A stretch of DNA of 64,000 bases from an uncultured Planctomycetota bacterium (GTDB lineage Bacteria; Planctomycetota; Planctomycetia; Isosphaerales; Isosphaeraceae). Position numbers and translations under genes: made by a program. This document shows, piece by piece, positions 52,863 through 62,824 of this stretch. The number at the start of each line of letters is the position of its first letter. Positions within the stretch are counted from its first letter, which is position 1. The stretch spans positions 96,001 through 160,000 of the forward strand of contig CAWJTV010000039.1 of assembly GCA_963845755.1 (NCBI GenBank), given 5' to 3'. The notes below the pieces were generated by a model. It was not told the origin of the DNA and did not search any database. It saw only the letters and a list, made by a program, of their open reading frames with translations.

Positions 52863-53864
52863 TCAGAGGGCTCCCAGCCTGGTCAGGAGCTCCGCGGTCC
52901 GGTTGGAATAACCCCACTCATTGTCGTACCAGCCGATGACTTTGACCAGGTTGTCGATCACCAGCGTCTGGTCGGGCGCGAAGATGCACGAATGCGGGTT
53001 GCCGATGATGTCACTGGAGACCAGCGGATCGGTGGAATACTCGATGATGCCTTTGAGCGGCCCCTCGGCGGCGGTCCGGATCGCCTCGTTGACCTGGTCC
53101 CTCGTCACATTCGCTTTCATCTCGGCCGTGAGGTCGGTCACCGAGCCGTCCGGCACCGGGACGCGGAGCGAGAAGCCCGTCAGCTTCCCCTTCAACTCGG
53201 GGATCACCTCACCGACGGCCTTCGCCGCCCCCGTCTTCGACGGGATGATGTTCACCGCCGCGGCCCGGGCGCGATACGGATCCTCGTGGACCTGGTCCGC
53301 AACCCTCTGGTCATTGGTATAGGCGTGGATGGTTGTCATGAGTCCCTTGACGATCCCGAAGGACTCATGCAGGACCTTGGCCATGGGCGCCAGGCAGTTA
53401 GTGGTGCACGACGCGTTCGAGATGATCCGGTGATCCTTGTTCAGGATGTGATCGTTCACGCCCAGCACGATCGTGGCGTCGAGTTGGTCCTTGGCCGGGG
53501 CGCTGAGCACGACCCGCTCGGCGCCGGCGCCGATGTGTTTCTGGAGGCTAGCCTTGTCGGTGAATCGTCCGGTGGACTCCAGCGCGACCTGGCAACCCAG
53601 CGTCTTCCACGGGAGGGAGCCGGGATCCGTCACCCTGGTGATCGGGATCTCCCGGCCGTTGACCACGAGGCTCTGCTCGCGCGCCTCGACGGTCCCCTTG
53701 AACCGCCCTTGCGTGCTGTCATACTTCAAGAGAAACCCAAGGTGTTTGGGGTCGGACAGGTCGTTGATCGCCACGACCTCGAAATCCGCGGGCCGCTCGG
53801 CCAGGACCCGGAAAACCAGCCGGCCGATCCGTCCGAACCCATTGATGCCCACACGTAATCCCAC
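52863..53864 (-). CDS. gap: Glyceraldehyde-3-phosphate dehydrogenase type I
   Basis: [29 protein letters not shown]. Confidence 0.98.
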   Translation of the reverse strand: MGLRVGINGFGRIGRLVFRVLAERPADFEVVAINDLSDPKHLGFLLKYDSTQGRFKGTVEAREQSLVVNGREIPITRVTDPGSLPWKTLGCQVALESTGRFTDKASLQKHIGAGAERVVLSAPAKDQLDATIVLGVNDHILNKDHRIISNASCTTNCLAPMAKVLHESFGIVKGLMTTIHAYTNDQRVADQVHEDPYRARAAAVNIIPSKTGAAKAVGEVIPELKGKLTGFSLRVPVPDGSVTDLTAEMKANVTRDQVNEAIRTAAEGPLKGIIEYSTDPLVSSDIIGNPHSCIFAPDQTLVIDNLVKVIGWYDNEWGYSNRTAELLTRLGAL

Positions 53865-54212
53865 GACTGACCTCCTCGTTCGACACCACGGAACCCGAAT
53901 GATTGTGTTGGGGTGGTCCTTCGACCTCGCCCGAGCCTACCAGATCGGTAGGGCTTTTCGTAGGACTCACCGGCTGTCGGGGAGACAACCCGGCGTCCGA
54001 ACCGTCGACGGCGATCGGGGAGAGCGGAACGCCTGCCCTGATGGTGCGTCATCGAGATCGTCGTCGCGGCGGCATTGCGGTTGATGACACCGCATTCTAC
54101 CGCCATCGGCAAGGACCGCCCGGGGCGGTGTACCGGAGAAAGGGGGTGAGGCACGACCCGGGGGGATGCGTTATTCGTCTGGGTGGCCGGCCGGCGCGAT
54201 GCCTGGCGGAGG

Positions 54213-55445
54213 TCAGGTCAAGATGTCGGCTCGCGACTGCGATTCCCGGGATGTCCGCACCCATTCCTTGGGCCGGCCCTGGAGCGAGATCAACACTTTC
54301 CAGACGAGATACACGGGGAACTTCACGAGAACCCAGAAGTACCGCCACGGTAGCCCCATCGCCAGGAACGGCGACAGCGCATACACGCCGACTGCAACGG
54401 TCATGAAGAGATTGCAAGACAGGAATACCCAGGTCTCGGTCATCCCACCGGCCGCCAGCCTCGGCCAGCACATCAGGAAGTTCAAGACCATGAGGACGGC
54501 GTACACCGCCAGAAAGGTACCCATCGTGGGGAGGCTCAACTCGAAGAACGCCAGCAGTTTGTCCCACCACCCGAGCTGGGGAGTTCGCAGTACGGGGAGC
54601 AGGTATTTCCAGCGGATCTCCTGGCGGCCGAACTCCCAGCGCCGGCGCTGGCTGGCCGCCGCCGTCCCGCCGGAGGTCGGCATCACTCCGTACACGCGGG
54701 CCGACGGCTCGAAGGCGATCGTCTCGCCGGCGATCCGGAGCTTCCAGGTAAACTCCAGGTCTTCGACCAGGCCGTGCGAGGCCCAGGACCTCCGACGCAA
54801 CCCACGGGTCGAGAAGCACATGCCGTTGCCGCGCAGGCTCGCACTGGTCCCCAGGGCGTGCTGGCCCCGCAGTAAGGCGCCGTTGAACAGGCTGAAGGAG
54901 TAGGTCATCAACCGGGTCCGCCAGCTCTGGTCGGTATTGGCCACCGTGTAGTAGCTCTGGATCCAGTCCTGGCCCGACCGCAGTCCCGTATCGAAGCGAC
55001 GGAGCAAGTGCGGGTCGATCGTGGTATCCGCATCGATGACGACCAGGGCGTCCAGGGAATCGAGCTCCCCGGACCGGTCGAGGTTTTCGATCAGGTATTC
55101 GATCGCATATCCCTTGCTCTTCTTGACGGAATCAACCCGCTCGACGACGCAGGCGCCGGCCTCCTCCGCCGCGGCCGCGGTCCGATCCGAGCAATTGTCG
55201 GCGATCACCACGACGCGAAAGAGCGATTCGGGATAGTCCGCGGCCCGACAACTGTTCACCGTCGCGGCGATCCCCGACTCTTCGTTGTGTGCCGGAATGA
55301 CGATCAAGAGCCGCGATTGGGGCTCCTGGGTCGGCTTGGGGCCGCTCCGAGACAGAATCGCAGCCAGTCCGACCGCGACCAGAAAGACGAAGTAGGGAAG
55401 AATCGCGAGATTCAGGATGAGGATGAGCCAATCGGGCAACAGCAT
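54213..55445 (-). CDS. Glycosyltransferase family 2 (membrane-bound, processive-like)
   Basis: IPAHNEE, DAD, VEDL, QRRRW. Confidence 0.9.
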   Translation of the reverse strand: MLLPDWLILILNLAILPYFVFLVAVGLAAILSRSGPKPTQEPQSRLLIVIPAHNEESGIAATVNSCRAADYPESLFRVVVIADNCSDRTAAAAEEAGACVVERVDSVKKSKGYAIEYLIENLDRSGELDSLDALVVIDADTTIDPHLLRRFDTGLRSGQDWIQSYYTVANTDQSWRTRLMTYSFSLFNGALLRGQHALGTSASLRGNGMCFSTRGLRRRSWASHGLVEDLEFTWKLRIAGETIAFEPSARVYGVMPTSGGTAAASQRRRWEFGRQEIRWKYLLPVLRTPQLGWWDKLLAFFELSLPTMGTFLAVYAVLMVLNFLMCWPRLAAGGMTETWVFLSCNLFMTVAVGVYALSPFLAMGLPWRYFWVLVKFPVYLVWKVLISLQGRPKEWVRTSRESQSRADILT

Positions 55446-56010
55446 AACTGCGGGATCCCCTCGACCTTCAGAGCGGGACTTTGAATTCGCATTGGGAACC
55501 GAGAGGAAAACGCTTATCGAAGAGGACGATGCCGAGGCTCTTGGTTCCTATCGTTGTCCCCAACACGAGCATAGCAAACCTCACTGAGAATGACCAACAC
55601 GCGGATTTACTCCCTGGCTTTGTTGAGTAATCGGGTGACCCTCAAGTCACAACTTCTATCTGGATTGGGATTTGTGATTTGTGGCCGGGTCGATAAACGC
55701 TCGGTCCGGGACGAGTTCCTAGGGTGACTGAAGTGGAGGATGGCTCGGCACAACTCCAAAAGAGATTGCCACTTGCGAATGAGAAACCGGCCCGGAGCAG
55801 TAACGGACCAGGTCACGCCGGTCCCGACGCAGATGTTTACTAAAACCAACGGTCCGTTTCGGAGATCGCTCACCAGGACGGCCCGGGGAGCTTGCCGGGA
55901 AAGTAGATAGGAAAAAGGGGCAATATATGCTGAAAACTGCGGGAGGTGAGGAACCATCCTCCGCCGGGTTCGTGGGGGAACGTGACATTCCAAGTCGCTC
56001 CGACCCGCGC

Positions 56011-57165
56011 TCATGCGACCGCCGCGGTGATCTCGGCCAGGGCTTGGAGAAACGCCGCGATCTCCTCGGCCGTCGTGAACGGTCCGGGGCTGAGGCGGAG
56101 CGTGCCATCGGGGAAGGTGCCCAGGGTCCGGTGGATGTAGGGGGCGCAGTGGAGTCCCGGGCGGACCGCGATCTCGAAGCTGGTATCCAGGATGGCACCG
56201 ATGTCCTGGGGCGAGAGCGACTCCGGGACGATCAACGAGAGGGCGCCGACATGAGTCGCCGGGTCCCATCGGCCCGCGACGAGCCAGCCGTCGGAGTCCT
56301 CAACCCAGTCGACCACGCGTTGGAGAAGTTCGACCTCATGACGACGCAGGTTGTCCGGCCCGTGTTCGACGACCCAGGCGATACCGGCCAACAGGCCGGC
56401 AACGCCCAGGACATTGGGCGTGCCGCCTTCGAGGTGGTACGGAAGGAGGGCCGGCTGGGTCGGGCTCGAGGAATCGCCGCCGGTGCCCCCCTCTCGCCAG
56501 GGGCGGATCCGTCCGTCGGTCCGGGGCCCGACGTAGACGGCCCCGGTCCCGGTCGGGCCATAGAGAGCCTTGTGACCGGGAAAGGCCAGGATGTCGATTG
56601 CCGTCGCGCGCAGGTCGATCGGGATGACACCGGCCGACTGGGCCGCGTCGACCAGGAACAGCGCGCCGGACTCGCGCACGATCGTCGCGATCGCCTCGAC
56701 CGGCTGCACGGTCCCCAGGACGTTCGAAGCCTGGGTCATCGCGACCAGCGCGGTCCGGGGCGTGATCGCCCGCAGGATCGCATCGGGGTCCACATAACCG
56801 GCCTCGGAGGCGACTCGCGTCAGGGCGATCACGCCGGCCTTCTCCAGGGCTCGCAGTGGCCGGCTGATCGAGTTGTGCTCCAGGTCGGTCGTGACCACGT
56901 GATCGCCGGGCTGGACGATCCCCTTGATCGCGAGGTTCAGTCCGTCCGTGCAATTCATCGTGAAGATCCAGCGCTCCGGCGCCTCGCCCCGGAAGAGCTG
57001 GTTGAGGGCGTGGCGCGCGGCGTCGAGCGATTGCTCGGCGCCGATGGCCATGCGATGCCCGGCCCGGCCCGGATTCGCCAGACTCGTCCGGGCGAAGCGG
57101 TCGAGGGCCTGGTAGACCGGTTCGGGCTTCGGGAAGCTGGTTGCGGCGTTGTCGAGGTAGATCAT
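56011..57165 (-). CDS. Cysteine desulfurase family (aminotransferase class V)
   Basis: IYLDNAATS, EHNS, VDAAQSAG, PGHK, RPGLHCAP. Confidence 0.92.
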   Translation of the reverse strand: MIYLDNAATSFPKPEPVYQALDRFARTSLANPGRAGHRMAIGAEQSLDAARHALNQLFRGEAPERWIFTMNCTDGLNLAIKGIVQPGDHVVTTDLEHNSISRPLRALEKAGVIALTRVASEAGYVDPDAILRAITPRTALVAMTQASNVLGTVQPVEAIATIVRESGALFLVDAAQSAGVIPIDLRATAIDILAFPGHKALYGPTGTGAVYVGPRTDGRIRPWREGGTGGDSSSPTQPALLPYHLEGGTPNVLGVAGLLAGIAWVVEHGPDNLRRHEVELLQRVVDWVEDSDGWLVAGRWDPATHVGALSLIVPESLSPQDIGAILDTSFEIAVRPGLHCAPYIHRTLGTFPDGTLRLSPGPFTTAEEIAAFLQALAEITAAVA

Positions 57166-57257
57166 GGGTCGTATTCTTCAGTGCTCAGTGGTCAGTTAAT
57201 ATAAGATAGCCATAAATTAATGAGAATAGAATACTGAACGCCAGGGCGAAGCATTTA

Positions 57258-58298
57258 TTATGAACCGACGAACTGAGCATAAAGCGTCCGCGCCTTGGCG
57301 ATGTCATTGGTCCCCTTGATGATCGCGCGGCCGTCGGGGAAGACGGTGAACTCATAACCCTCGGTCGCGAACCGGAGCATGAAGGCGTTGTGGCGAACCT
57401 CGCCGAGCGGTCCCAGGCGCCGCGCCATCTCGGGGAAGTCGAGCGGTTCGGGACGGCGCGCGGCGACCTGGACCGCGTTGCGTCCGCAGAGGGAGGTCGT
57501 GTGCGAGCCCATCGTCCCGTCGAGCCATTCGAATCGCCTCTGCCCGCAACAGGGGCAGTCCACCTTGCCGAGCAGCCCGGCCACCTTGAGCTGCCGGAAG
57601 CTCCAGTCCCAGAGGTCGACCATGATCAAGTGGTCGTTGAGGGCTTCGAACCGGCCGGCCAGCAGCTTGATGGCCTCGATCGCCTCGAACGAGGCGATGA
57701 CCGCCACGGCCGGGCCGAGCACCCCGGCGGTCTCGCATGTCGGGGTCATGCCGGGCGGGGGCGCGGTCTCGATCAGGCACCGCAAGCACGGCGTCTTCCC
57801 CGGGATGATCGTCATCGTCTGGCCTTCGCTGCCAATCACCCCGCCGAAGATCCACGGTTTGCCCAGCTTGACTGCCGCGTCGTTGATCAGATAGCGGGTC
57901 TCGAAGTTGTCGGTCCCGTCCAGGATCAAGTCGGCGTCCCCGACCAGATCGAGGATATTGGTGTGATCGAGATCCGTCACGACCGGCTCGACCGCGATCG
58001 TGCTGTTGATCGCCCGGATCTTCCGCGCGGCGGCCTCGGCCTTGGGCAGGTTCTCGGCGACGTCGGCCTCGTCGAACAGGATCTGGCGTTGCAGGTTGTG
58101 CGTCTCGATGAAGTCGCGGTCGATGATGCGGATCATCCCGACGCCGGCCCGTGCGAGGTGATTGGCCAGCACGGTCCCCAGCGCCCCGCAGCCGCACAGG
58201 GTGACGCGGCTCTTCAACAACGCGCGCTGGCCCGATTCTCCGAGCTGCGGGAACCGGACCTGGCGGCTGTAGCGGTCGAGCGGCTCTTCTTCGGTCAT
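57258..58298 (-). CDS. ThiF/MoeB family adenylyltransferase
   Basis: RYSRQ, GCGALG, NLQRQ, DGTDNF, PCLRC, CETAGVLG, CPCC. Confidence 0.92.
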   Translation of the reverse strand: MTEEEPLDRYSRQVRFPQLGESGQRALLKSRVTLCGCGALGTVLANHLARAGVGMIRIIDRDFIETHNLQRQILFDEADVAENLPKAEAAARKIRAINSTIAVEPVVTDLDHTNILDLVGDADLILDGTDNFETRYLINDAAVKLGKPWIFGGVIGSEGQTMTIIPGKTPCLRCLIETAPPPGMTPTCETAGVLGPAVAVIASFEAIEAIKLLAGRFEALNDHLIMVDLWDWSFRQLKVAGLLGKVDCPCCGQRRFEWLDGTMGSHTTSLCGRNAVQVAARRPEPLDFPEMARRLGPLGEVRHNAFMLRFATEGYEFTVFPDGRAIIKGTNDIAKARTLYAQFVGS

Positions 58299-58311
58299 CG
58301 GTCCTTCCTCT

Positions 58312-58581
58312 TCAGCCGCCCGCGACGGCGGGGATGATGCTGATCTCGTCGGCCTCGGCGACCGGCGTGGCCAGATCGTCCAGATAACGGATATCTTCGT
58401 TGTTCACGTAAACATTGACGAACCGCCGCAACTCCTCGCCGTCGAAGAGCCGCTCGCGGAGCGCCGGATGCCGGGACGCCAGGTCGGCCAGGAGTTCGCC
58501 GACCGTAGACCCTGCGGCCTCCACGCGATCGAGGCCCCCGGCGTGAGGACGGAGCGGCGTCGGGATACGGACGACTGCCAT
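58312..58581 (-). CDS. MoaD/ThiS/CysO-like sulfur carrier protein
   Basis: Beta-grasp sequence LRRFVNVYVNNEDIR...IIPAVAGG ending in Gly-Gly. Confidence 0.92.
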   Translation of the reverse strand: MAVVRIPTPLRPHAGGLDRVEAAGSTVGELLADLASRHPALRERLFDGEELRRFVNVYVNNEDIRYLDDLATPVAEADEISIIPAVAGG

Positions 58582-58600
58582 GGGTGTGATCCTTGTAGAA

Positions 58601-58664
58601 GTAGGGTGCTCTGTGAGCACCGATTCTCGTCCGGAGCCATATGGGTGCTCGCAGAGCACCCTAC
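58601..58664. repeat. REPIN-like inverted doublet (GTAG-type REP)
   Basis: gtagggtgctctgtgagcacc ... ggtgctcgcagagcaccctac. Confidence 0.8.
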
Positions 58665-58669
58665 GGGCG

Positions 58670-59940
58670 TTACACCGCGCCGGCAGCCATCAGGTCGGGC
58701 GAGAGGGTTTCGAGGAGCGATTCGAACTCCTCCATGGTCGGCTTGATGACGACGGGCCTGGGCATCCGTTCGAGCAGGGGTTCCTGGGTCTTGAGGCCGT
58801 TGCCGGTGATGCAGACGACGATCGAGTCATCCCGGCCGATCCGGCCCTGTTCGATGAGCTTCTGGGCGACGGCAAGGGTGACGCCCCCGGCGGTCTCGGC
58901 CCAGATGCCTTCGGTCTCGGCGAGGAGCCTCATCGCGTCGATGATGGCATCGTCGTCGACATCCTCGCTCCAGCCGCCGGTCTCCTGGATCAGTTTGGAG
59001 GCGAAGAAGCCGTCGGCCGGGTCGCCGATGGCCAGGCTCTTGGCGATCGTCTGGGGATTGCGGACCGGCTTGACCTTGGTGGCGCCGGTCTTGACCATGG
59101 CGGAGATCGGGTTGCAGCCCGTGGCCTGGGCGCCGTGCAGCCGGGTGTTGACCGGGCCGTCGAGCAGGCCGAGCAACTCGAATTCCTTGAAAGCCTTGTG
59201 GATCTTGCCGATCAGGCTGCCGCCGGCCATCGGGGCGACGACGTGATCGGGCACCCGCCAGCCCAGGTCCTCGGCGATCTCGAAGCCGACCGACTTGGAC
59301 CCCTCGGCGTAGAACGGCCGGAGATTCACGTTGACGAACCCCCAGCCGAAGCGGAACGCGATCTGGGAGCAGAGCCGGTTGACGTGGTCGTAGTTGCCAT
59401 CGATGGCGATGACCTTGGCGCCGTAGATGGTCGCGCCCAGGACCTTGCCCTGCTCGAGCCCGTCCGGGATCAGGACATAAGCCTCCAACCCGGCCGCGGC
59501 GGCGTTGGCGGCCACGCTGTTGGCCAGGTTGCCGGTCGAGGCGCAGCCCACGGTCTGGAAGCCCAGTTCGACGGCCTTGGACAAGGCCACGGCCACGACC
59601 CGGTCCTTGAACGAGAGGGTCGGATAGTTCACGGCGTCGTTCTTGATGTACAGCTCGGCGACGCCCAGCACCGGGCCAGCCGGTCGGCGCGGACCAGTGG
59701 CGTACCGCCGACATGCTGCCCCACGGTGGGCTCGCCGTCGATCGGCAGCAGCTCGCGGTAGCGCCACATCGTCCGGGGCCGCGACGCGATCGCCGCCCGG
59801 GTCATCGTCCGCGACACCTCGGCGTAGTCGTAGGTGACTTCCAGCGGACCGAAATCCTCCGTGCAGAAGTTCAGGGCTTCCTTGGGATAAATCTTGCCGC
59901 ACAGGCGGCACTTCAAACCACTCGCAGTTTCCACGGACAC
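58670..59940 (-). CDS. thrC: Threonine-synthase-like PLP enzyme with N-terminal Zn-ribbon (frameshift near 59672)
   Basis: CRLCG..CTEDFGP, MWRYRELLP, PTLSFKDR, CASTGN, PFYAEGSKS, ETAGG, TGNGLKT. Confidence 0.88.
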
Positions 59941-59980
59941 CGGTATCACTCCCTCATTGAGGAGACGATCCGAGAACTCA

Positions 59981-60040
59981 GTAGGGTGGGTGAAACCCAC
60001 CGAGAAGTGGCCCGAGCCTGGTGGGTTTCACCCACCCGAC
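59981..60040. repeat. REPIN-like inverted doublet (GTAG-type REP)
   Basis: gtagggtgggtgaaacccacc ... ggtgggtttcacccacccgac. Confidence 0.8.
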
Positions 60041-60182
60041 AAAGGCCGGACGCTGTCCTCGGACCGTTTCCGCGTGTGGCGCGAATCCCGATCCAGAGGC
60101 GAGTTCTCGGCTCGACGCCCGGGAGGAGGGGGAAGATGAGGAGGGTTGACGGCGGCCTCCGAATCGGCGGCACACCGTTGAC

Positions 60183-60351
60183 CATCTTATCTGCCCCATC
60201 GGCGTCATCCTTCGGGGTTGGAGGTCGGCTTCAGCCGATCGTCATCCCGGAAAAAGACGCTGGGCGGGAGTTAGCACCAGCATTCGCCATGTTGGCGAAC
60301 CGGTTGCTGTGGCGTCGTCGGGCCCGTCCCTCAGCCACTCTGGATAAGATG
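60183..60351 (-). promoter_or_regulatory. SAM-I (S-box) riboswitch with extended P4
   Basis: Minus strand: ATCTTATCCAGAG-TGGCTGAGGGACGGGCCCGACGACGCCA-CAGCAACC...GGTGCTAACTCC...GCAGATAAGAT; P1 pairs. Confidence 0.93.
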
Positions 60352-60427
60352 CGCACCAAATTGTAAGTCCCCCGAATGTAATCGCGGCGGACGGACCGCG
60401 TCAAGTCCCGAGTGAGCGGCTCTTCGG

Positions 60428-61792
60428 TCAGCCTCTGAGCCACTCGAGCGTCTGATGGGGTGCCGGGTCGGTTTCGAGGTGGGAGACCCGCTCCCGGATC
60501 CGGTCGGCGGTCTTGCGTCCCAGGACGGGATCGACCAGCCCGTGGAACTTGTCGGCGAGCTGGTCGTCGGTGAGCGGGTTCTTGTCGTGGCCGGGTGGGA
60601 AGGCGATCTCGGAAACCAGCGTGTTGCCATCGTCGAGAGTGACCGTCACGCGGTTGGGCGTGCCGGCCGGGTAACCGGCGGTGAGCTGCGGGTCCTCGAC
60701 GATGCGGGTGCGGGCGACCAGGTCGAGCAGGGCGGGGTCGGCCAGCCGCTGGGAGGTGAATTGTTCCGCCGTGATCTGGCCATCCACCAGGGCGACGGCC
60801 GTGCAGTAGGGCAGGCTATGGTCGGCCGTCTCGCGGGTCTGGGGCCGCCACTTCTCGGGATCCTTGCCGATGATCTCGACGGCCACGCGGAAGGTGGCGA
60901 TCTCGATCGAGCGGATCCGCGCCGGGTCGCCGATCCGGGGCCGCAGCTCGAAGGCCGCGGCGATGGCCGACTGGCTGTGATACTCGGCCGGCACGAACTT
61001 GATGGAGGTCTTGGGGAGCATCCAGTCCTCGGCGCCGGGACCGCCCAGCTTCGGCAGGGAGAACGGGCCGGAGACCTGCTGGAAGAAACCCATGTCGCCC
61101 TCGAACAGGGGGGCCGGGCCGGTCATGCCGTCGGCGGCGAGCATCGCGGCGAACAGGCCATTCCGCGCGGCGAAGGCGAACGCGCATCCCTTCCACATCG
61201 ACAGCTCGCCGGCGCAGGTGAGGCGCAAGGCGGTCCCGGTGGTCCCGGCAATCCCCAGCGCGTGGACCGTCTGCTCGTGCGAGAGCCCCAGCAGCCGGGC
61301 CGCGGCCAGCGTCGCGGAGAGCGAGCCGTACGTGGTGTGATCCCAGCCGCGGGCGCGGATGCTGGCGGCGTCGCAGAGGCGGCACTGGACCTCGTAGGCG
61401 ACCGCCGCGGCGGTGATCCAGGCTTTCCCGTCGGCTCCCGCGGCCTCGCCCGCGGCCATGACGGCCGCCCAGTTGTCGCTCGGATGCGCCGGCTCGAGCG
61501 AGAGATACGTATCATTGCAATCGAGGTAACGGATATGGACGCCGTTGGCGAACGCGGCCCAGTCGGGCGTGGACCGGCCGCCGCCGATCAAGGAGACCGA
61601 CGGGCGTCCCCGCGAACCGGCCGGCCACCCGGCGCCGCGATCGTCGAGGCAGGGCTCCGCCAGGGCTCCGACGGCGCAGGCCATCGAATCCAGCAGCCGG
61701 CGACGGGCTTCGACGATCACGTTCGAAGGCAGATCCTCGAACCGGGTTTCCAGGGCAAATGCGGCCAGCCGTTCGGCAAGGGTGTTGGACAT
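60428..61792 (-). CDS. prpD: MmgE/PrpD family protein (2-methylcitrate dehydratase-like)
   Basis: RYLDCNDTY, HPSDN, GELSMWKG, IKFVPAEYHSQS, RETADHSLPY. Confidence 0.88.
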   Translation of the reverse strand: MSNTLAERLAAFALETRFEDLPSNVIVEARRRLLDSMACAVGALAEPCLDDRGAGWPAGSRGRPSVSLIGGGRSTPDWAAFANGVHIRYLDCNDTYLSLEPAHPSDNWAAVMAAGEAAGADGKAWITAAAVAYEVQCRLCDAASIRARGWDHTTYGSLSATLAAARLLGLSHEQTVHALGIAGTTGTALRLTCAGELSMWKGCAFAFAARNGLFAAMLAADGMTGPAPLFEGDMGFFQQVSGPFSLPKLGGPGAEDWMLPKTSIKFVPAEYHSQSAIAAAFELRPRIGDPARIRSIEIATFRVAVEIIGKDPEKWRPQTRETADHSLPYCTAVALVDGQITAEQFTSQRLADPALLDLVARTRIVEDPQLTAGYPAGTPNRVTVTLDDGNTLVSEIAFPPGHDKNPLTDDQLADKFHGLVDPVLGRKTADRIRERVSHLETDPAPHQTLEWLRG

Positions 61793-61832
61793 CGTTCGGC
61801 CTCACTCGGAGTTTGACTTCTCAATGCTTCCC

Positions 61833-62729
61833 TCACGAGCCCTTCTCAAGCCGCTTGACCGCCGCCTCCAGCTCGCGGATTCGCGCCTCGGCCTGGGCAC
61901 AGGCTTCGGCCTCGGCAGCGGCCTGTTTCTCGGCCCTGGCGCAGGCCTTCTCGGCCCTGGCGCGGGCCTTCTCGGCCCTGGCGCGGGCCTTCTTCTCCGC
62001 CGCCAGTGCTTGGTCAACCGCCGCGTAGTCCCCTACCTCTTCACCCGTCCCGGGGTCGAAGCAGGCTACCCGGATATAACCGCCCCGACGTTCGCGCGTC
62101 AGGCCCAGCCACAACTCAACCGCCGGCAGCCAGATGCGACCCTGCTTGTTCGGCTTGAACCGCCGATAACCCCTCGGTCCGTGGCGATACTCGATCAACT
62201 CGACGCGTCGTTGCTCTTCGTCTTCGACGGTGACGTCGGCGATGACGTACTGGGGTACGCCGGCACGGTGGTAATAGTCGACCTTGATCTCCAGATCGTT
62301 GTTCCGAGTTTCCGGCGAGGTGATCTCGATGACCAGAGCCGGCCGGGCGCCTTCCGCGGCCACGTCGAATGTCAACCAGAGGGAATACCGTCTCACGCCG
62401 AAAAAGACGGCGAGGTCGGGGCCGAGCGGTCTGACACCGGGGATGTTCCAATCCACCCGGCAGTCCGAGAGCACGACCGATGTGGGATCGTGTTCCAGTC
62501 GAGCCTCGGACACCGTTCTGAGGTAGGTCCTCTCGCGATCGTGAGGGTCGCTCTGCACGATGAAATCCCCTTCCTCGGGATGGAGCACGTCCTCCAGGGT
62601 CAGGGGGACTTGATCGAACTCCTCGGTCCCATCCGGCCCGGTGATGCGGACGTACCGCCAGCCGTAACGGAAGGGATCCGGTTCGTCGGAAGGGGACCTG
62701 GGTGGGCGGGTCGTCGAGGCGGTACTCAT
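61833..62729 (-). CDS. Uma2 family endonuclease with C-terminal RAEKA coiled-coil repeats
   Basis: PDLAVF, LVIEITSPETRNND..K...Y..AGVPQYVI. Confidence 0.88.
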   Translation of the reverse strand: MSTASTTRPPRSPSDEPDPFRYGWRYVRITGPDGTEEFDQVPLTLEDVLHPEEGDFIVQSDPHDRERTYLRTVSEARLEHDPTSVVLSDCRVDWNIPGVRPLGPDLAVFFGVRRYSLWLTFDVAAEGARPALVIEITSPETRNNDLEIKVDYYHRAGVPQYVIADVTVEDEEQRRVELIEYRHGPRGYRRFKPNKQGRIWLPAVELWLGLTRERRGGYIRVACFDPGTGEEVGDYAAVDQALAAEKKARARAEKARARAEKACARAEKQAAAEAEACAQAEARIRELEAAVKRLEKGS

Positions 62730-62824
62730 GAGCGAACCTCTCCGGTTGCGAGCCGGGGCGGGATCAAAGCATGCCCGATTCTATCACCGGAGCGGCGGCC
62801 CGTCAGCCCGGGCCATCGCCTCAG

